Source: the human T2T-CHM13v2.0 reference genome, Homo sapiens
Assembly: GCF_009914755.1 (NCBI RefSeq)
Contig: NC_060946.1
Direction: 5' to 3' (one strand)
Length of the DNA stretch: 64,000 nt
Position 1 is the stretch's first letter; every line of letters starts with the position of its first letter. The notes under the pieces are model-generated. The model did not search any database and was not told where the DNA came from. It saw nothing but the letters and a program-made list of their open reading frames with translations. The translations under genes and the position numbers were made by a program. Shown one piece after another: positions 42,548-55,945 of the stretch.

Positions 42548-42985
42548 TGTAGTAGTTAGGGTTCTCTAGAGGGACAGAACTAACGGAATACATATGTATA
42601 ATGGAGAGTTTATTAAGCATTAACTCACACGATCACAAGGTCCCACAATAGGCCATCTGAAGGCTGAGGAGCAAGGAGAGCCAGTCCGAGTCCCAAAACT
42701 GAAGAACTTGGAGTCCGATGTTCAAGGGCAGGAAGCATCCAGCACAGGAGAAAGATGTAGGCTGGGAGGCTAGGCCAGTCTCTCCTATCACATTTTTCTG
42801 CCTGCTTATAGTCTAGCCGTGCTGGCAGCTGATTAGATTGTGCCCACCCAGATTAAGGGTGGGTCTGCCTTTCCCAGCCCACTGACTCAAATGTGACTCT
42901 CTTTTGGCAACACCCTCACAGACACACCCAGGATCAATACTTTGTATCCTTCAATCCAATCAAGTTGACACTATTAACCATCACA
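42548..42985 (-). mobile_element. 5' LTR (MLT2A family)
   Basis: Direct repeat of 36072-36576; followed on the minus strand by the PBS. Confidence 0.93.
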
Positions 42986-43086
42986 GGACCTGTCCCCGTC
43001 TCCACTGCAGGAAGTTAGGACCCATCCCTGTCTCCACCCAGGAAGTTAGGACCTGTCTCTGTTTCTATCACAGGAAGTTGGGATCT
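42986..43086. repeat. 32-bp minisatellite, right part (3 degenerate units)
   Basis: Unit starts at 42986, 43018, 43049, 43081. Confidence 0.9.
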
Positions 43087-43776
43087 GGCCCTGTGGACCC
43101 AGATGGGTTACTGAGCTTGGAACACGAGGGCTTAGTGACAAGGAACTGGGAACTGACCTCAATGGCTGAGTAGCGATATGGCTCCCTCACTCACTCTGTG
43201 ACCTTGGGAAGTGGGAAGGCCACATTCTCTCTGAGCCTCAGTGTCCTCATGTGAAAAATATCACCGAAGCCACTGTCATGGGGTGGTGGCAGTGATCACA
43301 CTAGAGAGTGCATGGTGAGGAAGAGCTGAGCACTTGGTAAACGGCAGCAGCTCTGATTGCTAGTGGCAGAGATAGTCATTTCATGGGTCACCTCCGAGAC
43401 ACAACCAAGAGCCCTGCGTAGCCCTGGCCACTGTCTGGGCAAGGGCCTGGGAAGGGCAGGGTGTGCCTGGGGAGTGCCCCTGGGGTGGGGCTCTGCCAGT
43501 GAGCAGGGGACGCACCTCACTCCGGGCACAGCCTTTGGCCCCCGGCCACCCAGCGCCCGAGATGGTGTTGGAAGAGGCTAGTGCCTGAATCAGCAGCCTG
43601 GAGGTCCACGGCGCCTCCCGCAGGTGAGTGAGGTGTGCCCTTCGTGTTGGCTGAATCGGCCAGAGGGGCGGCGGGAGGCCCCGCCTGCCAGCCCCGCATC
43701 CCCGCGCTCTGCCGTTTCTCCGCTTGCTGGACCGGCCCTAACCCTCTTCTTGTCTCTCTGCCCACTTTTCTTGCAG

Positions 43777-44131
43777 CCGCTGTGAGCGCTTGCCTTGCCA
43801 TGAGAATCGGGAGTGCTCCAAGCTGCCTCTGAGAATAACCTACTACCACCTCTCTTTCCCCACCAACATCCAAGCGCCCGCGGTGGTTTTCCGCATGGGC
43901 CCCTCCAGTGCTGTCCCCGGGGACAGCATGCAGCTGGCCATCACCGGCGGCAATGAGGAGGGCTTTTTCACCACCCGGAAGGTGAGCCCCCACAGTGGGG
44001 TGGTGGCCCTCACCAAGCCTGTCCCCGAGCCCAGGGACTTGCTCCTGACCGTCAAGATGGATCTCTCTCGCCACGGCACCGTCAGCTCCTTTGTGGCCAA
44101 GCTTTTCATCTTTGTGTCTGCAGAGCTCTGA
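43777..44131 (+). CDS. FBLN1: Isoform-C terminal exon (fibulin C-terminal domain III)
   Basis: cttttcttgcag|C; 117 codons RCERLPCHENRECSKLPLRITYYHLSF...FIFVSAEL-TGA; 566+117=683 aa. Confidence 0.98.
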
Positions 44132-44195
44132 GCACTCGCTTCGCGTCGCGGGGTCTCCCTCCTGTTGCTTTCCTAACCCTGCCCTCCGGGGCGTT

Positions 44196-44201
44196 AATAA
44201 A
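44196..44201 (+). terminator. FBLN1: Poly(A) signal of isoform C
   Basis: AATAAA 65 nt after the stop, followed by a U/GU-rich element (ggttttatttgg); a second AATAAA at 44471-44476. Confidence 0.85.
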
Positions 44202-45748
44202 GTCTTAGCAAGCGTCCCACACAGTGAGCCTCGCGTGCCTTGGTTTTATTTGGCATGGTTGGGAGTCTGTGCCGCTTGTTACCCGGGGGTGAGCTGGGCA
44301 CTGGCCACCGCCTGGTACCCCCGAGGGCTGACTGAGGAGCGCTCCCCACTAGAGGGTGTGTGCTCGGGGGTCCCTGTTCACAGAGCCCACTGTCTGTGCC
44401 GACAGGGAGGCCAGGCCGGGTACATCATTTCACATGTGTTAACTTGTCTTCATTTGTGTTGAACCCAAAGAATAAAGGTGGTGGTGGAGAAGGGCCCTCA
44501 GATTGCTGAGCACAGTCCCCTCTCGTTTTACAGATGTGGAAACTGAGGCCCAGAGAGAAGGGGAAGGGTTGGCCAGGGTCGTCTGGCCTGCTGTGGCCAT
44601 GCCAGGTCAAGGAAGCGGGTCTGCTGGCCCCTGCCTGGTTCTTTGCTGTATCCCCGGAGGTGAGCATTTCACTGAGACAAGAAAGCTCTCTCCTGAGATT
44701 CAAGCCTCCTCTTCTGTTTGTCTTGATCAGAAGCCCAAATCTGTGGTGCAGAAACACGGGATGCGGTTGCGGCTCCTAGGATGCAGCTCTTGCCTCAGTG
44801 AAGTCGTTTTGCCCCCACTGAGGATCCTGGCCCTGTGCCGGGGGGAGGCAAAGGACCACACAATACATGTGATACTCACGGGATCCTTCATAGGCCTTAC
44901 ACCAGTCCTGCCAGGCAGGTGGTCATCCTCATGAAGACTCAGAGAGGGCAAGTGATTTGCCCAAGATCACACAGCTGGTATCCGAGCCCTGGTTTACTGA
45001 CTCCACAGATCTGGCTGTTGCGTTCTGCCAGAATACCTCCACTGAGGGCCTTAACCCCCTGCCTCCCTCCATCTCCTCCACCATGGTCCAGCCAAGCCAG
45101 TCATCTGTCCCCCTCTGCTGCTCCCAGCGTCCATTCACCTCCCCTACAGCTCATTCTTTGCTTAGCAGCTGGAGTGATCTTTTAGCCTCTGCCTAAAACC
45201 GTTCCTGGCTTCCTTACCATTTGGGTTAAGGCCTCCAGATCCTCAAGATGTCTGAAGGCCGTGCCTAATTTAGTCCTTGCATGCAATTTCCAGCCTGGCC
45301 TCAACTTGTTCTATCCTTGCCCACTTCCCTTGAGCCACGCTGCAAGCTCTGCTGCCTCCGGCCCTTGGTACGTGCTTTGCACCCTTGGCCTGAATGTTGC
45401 TTAAACTCCAGCTCATGTGCCTGCCTCAGAGAGGCCTTCCCTGCCACCCCTGGCTTCTGTTTTCTCTGTCCGTCCTTCTCATGACCCCTTTCCTTCATGG
45501 TGCTTGTAACAGGCTGCGGTTCCTGTTGACTCGCGTTTCACATTTGTCTTCCGCACCTTCCAGAAGGCTCTGTGAAGGCAGGGACCAGGTCTATCTCATT
45601 CAGTGCGGTGTTCCCAGCTCCTTGCAAGACATCTCGCGTGCAGAAGGTGCTCTGTCAATGTCTGTTCAGGGAACAGATGACTCTGCCAGCCCTGGCTTAT
45701 GTCACTAGCATTTCTGTGGCTGTGACACTGTGCTGACACTGTTTCCAG

Positions 45749-45857
45749 GCAGAAATCCAAGAAGGGAAGGCAGAACACCCCAGCGGGATCAAGTAAAGAG
45801 GACTGCAGGGTTCTTCCATGGAAGCAGGGGTTGGAGGATACCCACCTTGATGCCTAG
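45749..45857 (+). CDS. FBLN1: Isoform-B terminal exon coding part
   Basis: tttccag|G; reads QKSKKGRQNTPAGSSKEDCRVLPWKQGLEDTHLDA-TAG (35 aa), the known fibulin-1B tail; 566+35=601 aa. Confidence 0.93.
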
Positions 45858-45959
45858 TGAGGAAGATGGACCTGGACAGACAGTCAGCTCCACACCTTGC
45901 GCTGAGCAGCTGTGATTGTGCCACGGGAGCATGAGCCCTTTTCCCCACGGCCCTTGCCA

Positions 45960-46610
45960 CTGTCTCCTGGCCCTCTCTCTGATCATGCCAGGTTTGCACC
46001 AGCCTCGAGTCTCCCATGTTGTAGTACATTCTCCAAGATGCAGCCCAGGAGCCTCTCTGAAGGACCAGTCTGGTTACGATGGTCTGAGCTTCCTTAGAAC
46101 CTTCCATGGTTGTCTTTTCCCAGCAGATGAAGCATAGCCTCCTTGGAATGGCATGGGAGGCCTGGCCTGATCTGGCCTCTGCCCACCCTTTGAGCTGCAC
46201 CTGCCCCACCCCAGCTCATCCATGTGCTTGTACCCTGGCCCCACGGGGAGGCTTGCCCTTCCCTGAATCTGCCTTCTTGTGGCTTTAGCATGTGCCATGC
46301 TGTCCCCCTGCAGACTGCCATTCTCCTTGCAGACTTGGCTCAGAAGTCACCTCCTCAGTGCAGTTAGCCTGAGCTCCCCTGGCCCCAGGTGCCTCCATCA
46401 GAGCATTTACCCCATTGTGTTGTGGCTGTTCCTTAACGTCCCCACTAGCCAGGCTCTTTGAGGGCAGGGATTGTGTCTGGTTAATTTCTGTATTCTCTGC
46501 AACTTTGCAATGTTTGGCTTGAAGAAGGAGCTCAGTAAACATCTGAATAAACATGCAGGTTGATGGATGGATGGACAGACCAATGGATGGATGGATGGAT
46601 GGATGGATAG
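45960..46610 (+). mobile_element. L2 3' fragment ending in a (TGGA)n tail; forms the isoform-B 3'UTR
   Basis: gctctttgagggcagggattgtgtct...ctcagtaaacatctgaataaa...gatggatgga matches the L2 3' terminus pattern. Confidence 0.6.
46534..46551 (+). terminator. FBLN1: Likely poly(A) signals of isoform B (AGTAAA, AATAAA)
   Basis: AGTAAA 46534-46539 and AATAAA 46546-46551 within an L2-like 3' terminus. Confidence 0.6.
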
Positions 46611-46644
46611 CATTTTTAAGGCTTAGTTCAAATATCGTCTCCTC

Positions 46645-46940
<296 letters not shown>

Positions 46941-48198
46941 AAAATTGTCTCCTCTGTTTAGCCAGCAAGCCACAGCAGGGGTTCTTGTCCTATTCAGGCA
47001 TCCATTTGTCAGGGGCGGGATTACTCAGGCTGGAAGGAACACCTGTGCCTTCATGTGCATAGCAATGTGAAGAGGTGGGGGAAACCTCTCAGGGGCTTTG
47101 GAGGCTACCCAGTGACCTTCCACAGCTTGCCAGAAGCTCCTCTGCAACATTCCCACCAAGGGACTCTTCTTTGCTTGTGGAACTCCCTGCCTCCTGAGGG
47201 GTCCCGTTGCATTTTGGGATCCCATCGACGTTTGCGTGTGTGCCTGAGTGCACTGTGGGAGTGACAGCTGAGTGACCTGAGTGCTCACCCCTGTCCCGCA
47301 GCTCCTTGGGGCTCCTTAGCCATGTTCTCGGCTCATGCTGCTGACAGAGGACACCATGCAGGAAAAGCAAAATAAGAGCAGGAGGTTGAATTTCCTTCTT
47401 GCCATTTACTAGTTCTGTGACCCTGGATACATCGTCAGCCTTTCAGAGCCTCAAGGCCCACCTTATGGTTGATTTTGAAGATGGCCTGAAATAGTCCAGC
47501 AGGCAGCGCCTGATACAGAGTAAACACTCCATAGGTGTGAGTGTGGGTTTCTTCATTCATTGGAAGGTAACTGGGTGTTCGTGTGGCTTTTCATTGAAAT
47601 GGGGATGAAGATTCAGAGAGTTTGGAGGGATCCAAGGTCATATGTGGAGCTGACATCACTTTTGATTCAGAACCTGTGCTTTCCTGGTTGTGTCACTAGT
47701 AAATCAAGCTCCCAAGGAGAAAAGACAGCAATAAGGGTGATTTTTATTGTAATGATAATAATAACAACTCCAACAGCTAACACATAGAGTGCTGACCATG
47801 AGACAGGCGCTGTTCCAAGCATGTAATTCGTTTACTCTTCACAGCAGCCTAGGGAAGCAAGCAGTGCTAATATCCCCATTCCACAGTGAGGACAGGGAGG
47901 CACAGAAAGGTGAAGGAACTTGCCCAAAGTTCCACAGCTGGTTTCCAGTGGCACTGGGATTCAGACGCAGGCAGCCTGGGCTGGGATCTGTGCTCTGATC
48001 CCCTGTCCTCCACTGCAGCAAATACGGGGGAGAGGCAGCATCCCTGGGATGAATGAGACTGTTGCTCCAGCCCCATCTCACAGAGCCCGCTCTGCCATTC
48101 CCAAACTCAAAACAGGATATCTTATTAGCTAAAGGAGGAGGCAGTGTGGTAAGGAGGAAAGGGCTATGAGGCTGGAATGAAATAAGATATGCAAAATG

Positions 48199-48490
48199 GG
48201 CCAGGTGCGGTGGCTCATGCCTGTAATCCCAGCACTTTGGGAGGCCAAGGCAGGCAGACCACTGAAGGTCGGGAGTTCAAGACCAGCCTGGCCAACATGA
48301 TGAAACCCCGTCTTTACCAAAAATACAACAATTAGCTGGTCGTGGTGGTACACACCTGTAATCTCAGCTGCTCAGGAGGCTGAGGCAGGAGAACTGCTTG
48401 AACCTGGAATACAGAGATTCCAGTGAGCCAAGATTGTGCCACCACACTCCAGCCTGGGCGATAGAGTGAGACTTTGTCTCAGAAAAAAGA
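48199..48490 (+). mobile_element. Alu
   Basis: Dimer; TSD aagatatgcaaaa. Confidence 0.95.
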
Positions 48491-49124
48491 TATGCAAAAC
48501 GTGTAGCGTAGAGACTGGAAAGGCAGATGCATTATTTCTGAAGCTCTCTAGATCCCAACCAAAAAACACCCAGACAACTAGATAGGAAAAAAAATGTTTC
48601 CATGGAAAACATTTACAAACGAAACAAGGTATGGTTGTCTGCAGTTCAGGCCCACCTGCATGACTTTGGCATCTGTGCAGGAAAAAACAGTGGCAGAACC
48701 CCAAAATAATCAACAGGTATCCCCAGAAAGTGTACTAGGTGCTTTGGGGGAACAGCAGCTGAAACTGGGAGGCGTTTTCCTCACTCCAGGGGCCAGAGTG
48801 TGCACAGAGCCAGTGGGAGGGAGGAAGGGGCTGGCGCAGGCTTGCTCTTGGGAGCTTTTGAAACTTAGCCACCACAGCTCTCCCTAAGGTCAGAGTCTCA
48901 CACGAGGGAGAGACTGCTGGAAATGGAACAGAAATTGTGTAGAAAAGAGACCATAGAGACTGTGGGAAGAGAAGGTCCGGGTAAATGTGGAAGAATGTCA
49001 GGAGGTGAGCTCTGCAAAGTCAGGAAGATAACTGTGAATGATACTCTTTCTCAAATTCCAGGAAAACTAGTTTCCTTTAAGGATGATCAACCCAAAAGCA
49101 TCAAGGTCAAATTCCATGGATGAG

Positions 49125-50033
49125 TTTCTATAACAAAGTACCATAGACTGGGTGGCTTAAAATAATAGAAATGTATTACTTCATGGTTCTGGAGGCCAGA
49201 AGTCCAAAATCAAGGTGTCAGCAGGGCTGCACTTCCTCTGAAACCTCTAGGGGAATGCCTCTTCTGTAGGGGAGTGCTCTTTCTGTAGGGGAGTGCTCCT
49301 TCTGTAGGGGAGTGCTCCTTCTGTAGGGGAGTGCTCCTTCTGTAGGGGAATGCCTCTTCTGTAGGGGAGTGCTCCTTCTGTAGGGGAATGCCTCTTCTGT
49401 AGGGGAATGCTCCTTCTGTAGGGCATGCTCCTTCTGTAGGAGAATGCTCCTGTAGGGGAATGCTCCTTCTGTAAGGGAATGCTCCTCCTGTAAGGGAATG
49501 CCTCTTCTGTGGGAGAATGCTCCTTCTGTAGGGGAATGCCTCTTCTGTAGGGGAATGCTCCTTCTGTAGGGGAGTGCTCCTTCTGTAGGAGAATGCTCCT
49601 GTAGGGGACTTCTGTAGGGGAGTGCTCCTTCTGTAAGGGAATGCTCCTCCTGTAAGGGAATGCCTCTTCTGTAGGGGAATGCTCCTCCTGTAAGGGAATG
49701 CCTCTTCTGTGGGAGAATGCTCCTTCTGTAGGAGCATGACTTGTCTCAGCCCCTGGTGGTTTGTTGGTGATCATTGGTGTTCCTTGGCTCGCAGCTACAT
49801 CGCTGCAATCTCTGCCTTTGTCATCACATGATCTTGTGTGTCTTTGTCGTCACATAGCCCTCTTCTTATAAGGATAACGGTCATCTTGGATCAGGGCCCA
49901 CCCTACTCCAGTGTGACCTCATCTTAACTGATTACATCTGCAATGACCGTAGTTTCCAGTGACGTCACATTCTGAGGTACTGGGGATGGAACTTTGACAT
50001 CTTTCTTGGAAGGATGTAATGCAAACCATGACA
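49125..50033 (-). mobile_element. MaLR LTR (MLT1-type) interrupted by the 19-bp minisatellite
   Basis: ataacaaagtaccatagactgggtggcttaa...ttctggaggccagaagtccaaaatcaaggtgtcagcagggc...gtgacctcatcttaactgattacatctgc. Confidence 0.8.
49246..49732. repeat. 19-bp minisatellite, about 25 units
   Basis: Unit ctgtaggggagtgctcctt at 49264, 49283, 49302 and onward, with variant units. Confidence 0.95.
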
Positions 50034-50043
50034 CCCATAGAAA

Positions 50044-50742
<699 letters not shown>

Positions 50743-50913
50743 CAAATGCACAGCTATTATAAGCAAAAAAGAGAATAAGAGACAGAATGATATCCCTCTG
50801 GGTAATGAAAGCACACCAGAAAGACGTGCCCAGACTAAATGAAAATTCTAATATTCTATCTTGAAAGAAACCAAAAGTGTTAAGAAAATAAACAAAACAT
50901 AGAAGAAAAATGG

Positions 50914-51187
50914 GGCCGGGTGCCCTGTAATCCCAGCATTTTGGGAGGCTGAGGCAGGTGGATCACCTGAGGTCAGGAGTTCGAGACCACCCTGGCCAAC
51001 ATGGTGAAACCCCATCTCTACTAAAAATACAAAAATTAGCCAGGCATGGTGGCAGGTGCCTGTAATCCCAGCTACTCAGGAGGCTGAGGCAGGAGAATCA
51101 CTTGAACCAGGGAGGCAGAGGTTGCAGTGAGCCAAGATTGTGCCATTGCCCTCTGGCCTGGGTGACAGAGCGAGACTCTGTCTCAAA

Positions 51188-51226
<39 letters not shown>

Positions 51227-51260
51227 AAAAGAAAAAGAAAAAAAGAAAGAAAGAAAGGAA
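50914..51260 (+). mobile_element. Alu
   Basis: Dimer with a long A/GAAAA tail. Confidence 0.95.
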
Positions 51261-51711
51261 AATAGAAAAATCGAGTCAGAATTAGAAGAAAACTGAGAAA
51301 TGAAGTAATAGACCAAAGAAACAAAAAGTTAAAAATTTCAGATGTAAATACTAAACTAGATGGAACACAAAAGTGAATAAACAGATAAATAGAAGTTGAA
51401 AAGAACAACAAGTTTTAAAAATCAAGAAAGAAATAACAAGAGATGAAAGGCTTGAAGAAAAAGTGACAAATATTCAAAATCTGTAAGAAGATCTGACATT
51501 TAGATAATAGGACTCCCTGCAGAAGAAGCCGAATACATGGGGGAAAGTACTATACATGATCTCAAGAAAACTTTCCATAAATTAAAAAAGAGATTTGAAA
51601 TTCCACATTGAAATAACACATAGCGTACCTGAGAATATCAACAAGAACAACCAACACCAAGACACATAACACATTCTTGTGAAATTATTGTACTTTAAAG
51701 AAAAGGAGGAA

Positions 51712-52015
51712 GGCCGGGTGTGGTGGCTCATACCTGTAATCACAGCACTTTAGGGGCCAAGGTGGCAGATCACAAGGTCAGGATTTCAAGACCAGCTTGA
51801 CCAACATGGTGAAACCCCGTATCTACTAAAAATATAAAAAATTAGCATGGTGGTGCACGTCTGTAATCTCAGCTGCTCAGGAGGCTGAGGCAGGAGAATC
51901 GCTTAAACTTGGGAGGCGGAGGTTGCAGGGAGCCGAGATCATGCCACTGCATTCCAGCCTGGGAAACAAGAGTCTCAAAAAAAAAAAAAAAAAAAAAAAA
52001 AGAAAGAAAGAAAAG
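51712..52015 (+). mobile_element. Alu
   Basis: Dimer; TSD aaagaaaaggagg. Confidence 0.95.
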
Positions 52016-52712
52016 GAGGGAAAAACAAACTATGAACATTTAAACAAAAACAGTAAGTGATTTATAAAGGAAAAAAAATGTTCTCATCAGACTCTTTGAC
52101 AGCAACACTTTATGCTAAAAGAAAATAAATAACATATTAAGGACTCTCAAGAAAAGTTAAGCCCAGAATTTTATACCTAGCAAAACTGACTTTCATGTGC
52201 AAAAAGCATAAACTATTATGACCATGCAAGCATTAAACATTCAGTTACTTCTAAAACTACAACTAAATGAGTGTTATAAGGAAAAGAGTATAGTATGAAT
52301 TACTGGATAGGTCAGACAATGTAGACATAGCACATTTATTTTTAAACTCTGAGCCGAATAGGGAGAGCATATCAAAAATTATTTTCAATAATTATGTTAG
52401 TCATGGTAACTTTAGAATTGTTATCCTGAGGCTACTGTGTAGGTAATGTGGGATAATGATGGGATACTGCATGTCCTTGAGGACCAGGATTCTGATGTGG
52501 AAGAAAGAATGTGCCTTTGTAATACAGAAGAGATTAATTAAAAAACCATATGGTCCTTCTTTTGAATTGGATATCAGTATGAACTCTTGGTGTATATTAG
52601 TTTTTAAATGTTCACTGAAGAGGCCTAGAAACAATGACCAACCCCCTAGCACTGAGCCTCCCTAGTATCCAGACTGGTCTTGATAAGCCATTTCTCACTA
52701 AAAAACAAAAAC

Positions 52713-53118
<406 letters not shown>

Positions 53119-53781
53119 TCACATCAGATAGCAAGAAAGCTGTGAAAGACGACAAGGGCTGGGCCAAAAGGACCCAGGAGCCAACTTCATTTTCCCTCTG
53201 GCAAGAGATGGGAAAATTTGAGTTTCAACAAAGGATAAAAATTGCAGAGGATCAAACCTCATCGGAGTGGCTTCCATCATGGGTTCATACTGATTTTTTT
53301 TTCCCCAAAAATCCTTTGGAGAATGATAGCACACTAGTTAGCTTATTATCCTGAAAATTAGAAAATTCAAGGAAACAACCAAGTATTGATCTGCTATTTC
53401 CTGGTAATTAAATCACAAGAGCACATGAAGGGAAGCATCTGTTTACAGGAGTAGTCCAGCTAATAAATGGAAGTGAAGTGGTAGAACCAGACTATCGGCA
53501 TTTTGCAATCCTTGATGAATCAGTGGGCGTAGGCCTTGAGCATCAGTAGATGCTGTCCTCACAGAGACAGCCAGTCACTGTGTGGCTCTCACTGAAGACA
53601 CACTACCACCTACCATCTTGCCAAAGGGACCGGGCCTGCATGGGATCAGGCCTCTGGATCTGGCTGCCAATGTCCAAGAAATCCAGTGGACAGAGGACCA
53701 TGCTGAACTGCACCGTGAGGATGCAATCAGCAAAGTCCAGCCTGTAGGAAACACAACAGCTCAAATTCTTCAGGTTCTTTA

Positions 53782-54212
<431 letters not shown>

Positions 54213-54258
54213 CTAGAGACGCACACTGATGTGAGAAAACTATGAAGAAACCCAAGTA

Positions 54259-54596
<338 letters not shown>

Positions 54597-55375
54597 CTAG
54601 GGGTCACTGTTGGGTTGCAGGAGGGGTTGAGTTCTGTCTGGCAGTTGCGGGGCGTTTGGTGGCTGGCCAAGTTCTCTTTCTTGACCTGGGTGGTGATTAT
54701 AAAGGCGTTTGCCTTGTAATAACTCGTTAAACTATACTTTCATTTTGTGTAATTTTGTATCCGTGTTTTATTTTATGATCAAGAGGTTGTAAAAATCTGT
54801 CTAGCACAGTACCTGGAACCCAGACCTCTGAGAGACTGTAGCCTCTTCTGCCTCCCCGTCACCTGGTGATGTGGAATTGACTGCCCTGTGCTGGGCACCG
54901 AGCTTGGCGCTTTCTATCTGCTCCTTCGTTTATTACCCTGCTGCCCAGCCTCACTGTGGGCTCTGAGAAGGCGGGACCATGTGTCCCTTGTTCACTTTGC
55001 TGTCCCTAGCAGCCGGCGCCTGGCACTCAAAACATATTTGTTGGGCAAGTGAACCTGTGACTCTATTTTGCCATTGTAGCTATTGATGCTCAATTCGTGC
55101 AGTTGACAAATGTCCAAGCTGTGCTTATCCGCCAGGGCACATGGAAGCTGGAGGGTGTTGCTGGCATTTAGGTCCCGGTCCAGTTTGCAGGAAGGGCCAT
55201 GAAGCCTCCCCACAGAGCAGCCAGGCTGCAGAGACCACTGTCGTTCTCTGATGGAGCTGTCTCTGGGACAGATGCCCCTGCCCTGGCCACCTGCTCCTCC
55301 TCCCTAGACCTCGGCCCCTGTGGGAGCTGCTGTCCCAGCTTCCCCGTCAGCCTCGTGTGCTGTGGTTCCCCTCAG

Positions 55376-55518
55376 GCTCCAGCAGGAGAAGACAGACACG
55401 GTCCGCTGCATCAAGTCCTGCCGCCCCAACGATGTCACATGCGTGTTCGACCCCGTGCACACCATCTCCCACACCGTCATCTCGCTGCCTACCTTCCGCG
55501 AGTTCACCCGCCCTGAAG
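55376..55518 (+). CDS. FBLN1: Isoform-D exon 15
   Basis: cccctcag|G, G|gtgagt; 143 bp; [47 protein letters not shown]. Confidence 0.98.
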
Positions 55519-55578
55519 GTGAGTGGGATGGGTGTGGGGGTCCCAGGGCCCCCTAGGGCCTCCCTCGGCTTCAGCTGA

Positions 55579-55945
<367 letters not shown>

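Larger units (their letters stand above)
36072..42985 (-). mobile_element. Full-length HERV-L provirus (MLT2A LTRs, decayed gag-pol-dUTPase, no env)
   Basis: Two TG..CA LTRs; GGACC TSD at 36067-36071 and 42986-42990; minus-strand fragments of gag (42052-42288, 41082-41393), RT, RNase H (WFTDHSA..SSQWAEL), integrase (WQVDYTGPLP..IASDQSTHFT) and dUTPase. Confidence 0.95.

Noticed and set aside
49210-49774. Two 175-aa repetitive minus-strand ORFs
   Set aside because: Artefact of a stop-free 19-bp tandem repeat
49960-49967. Perfect CRE palindrome TGACGTCA
   Set aside because: A single 8-mer in an old LTR; about one is expected by chance in 64 kb
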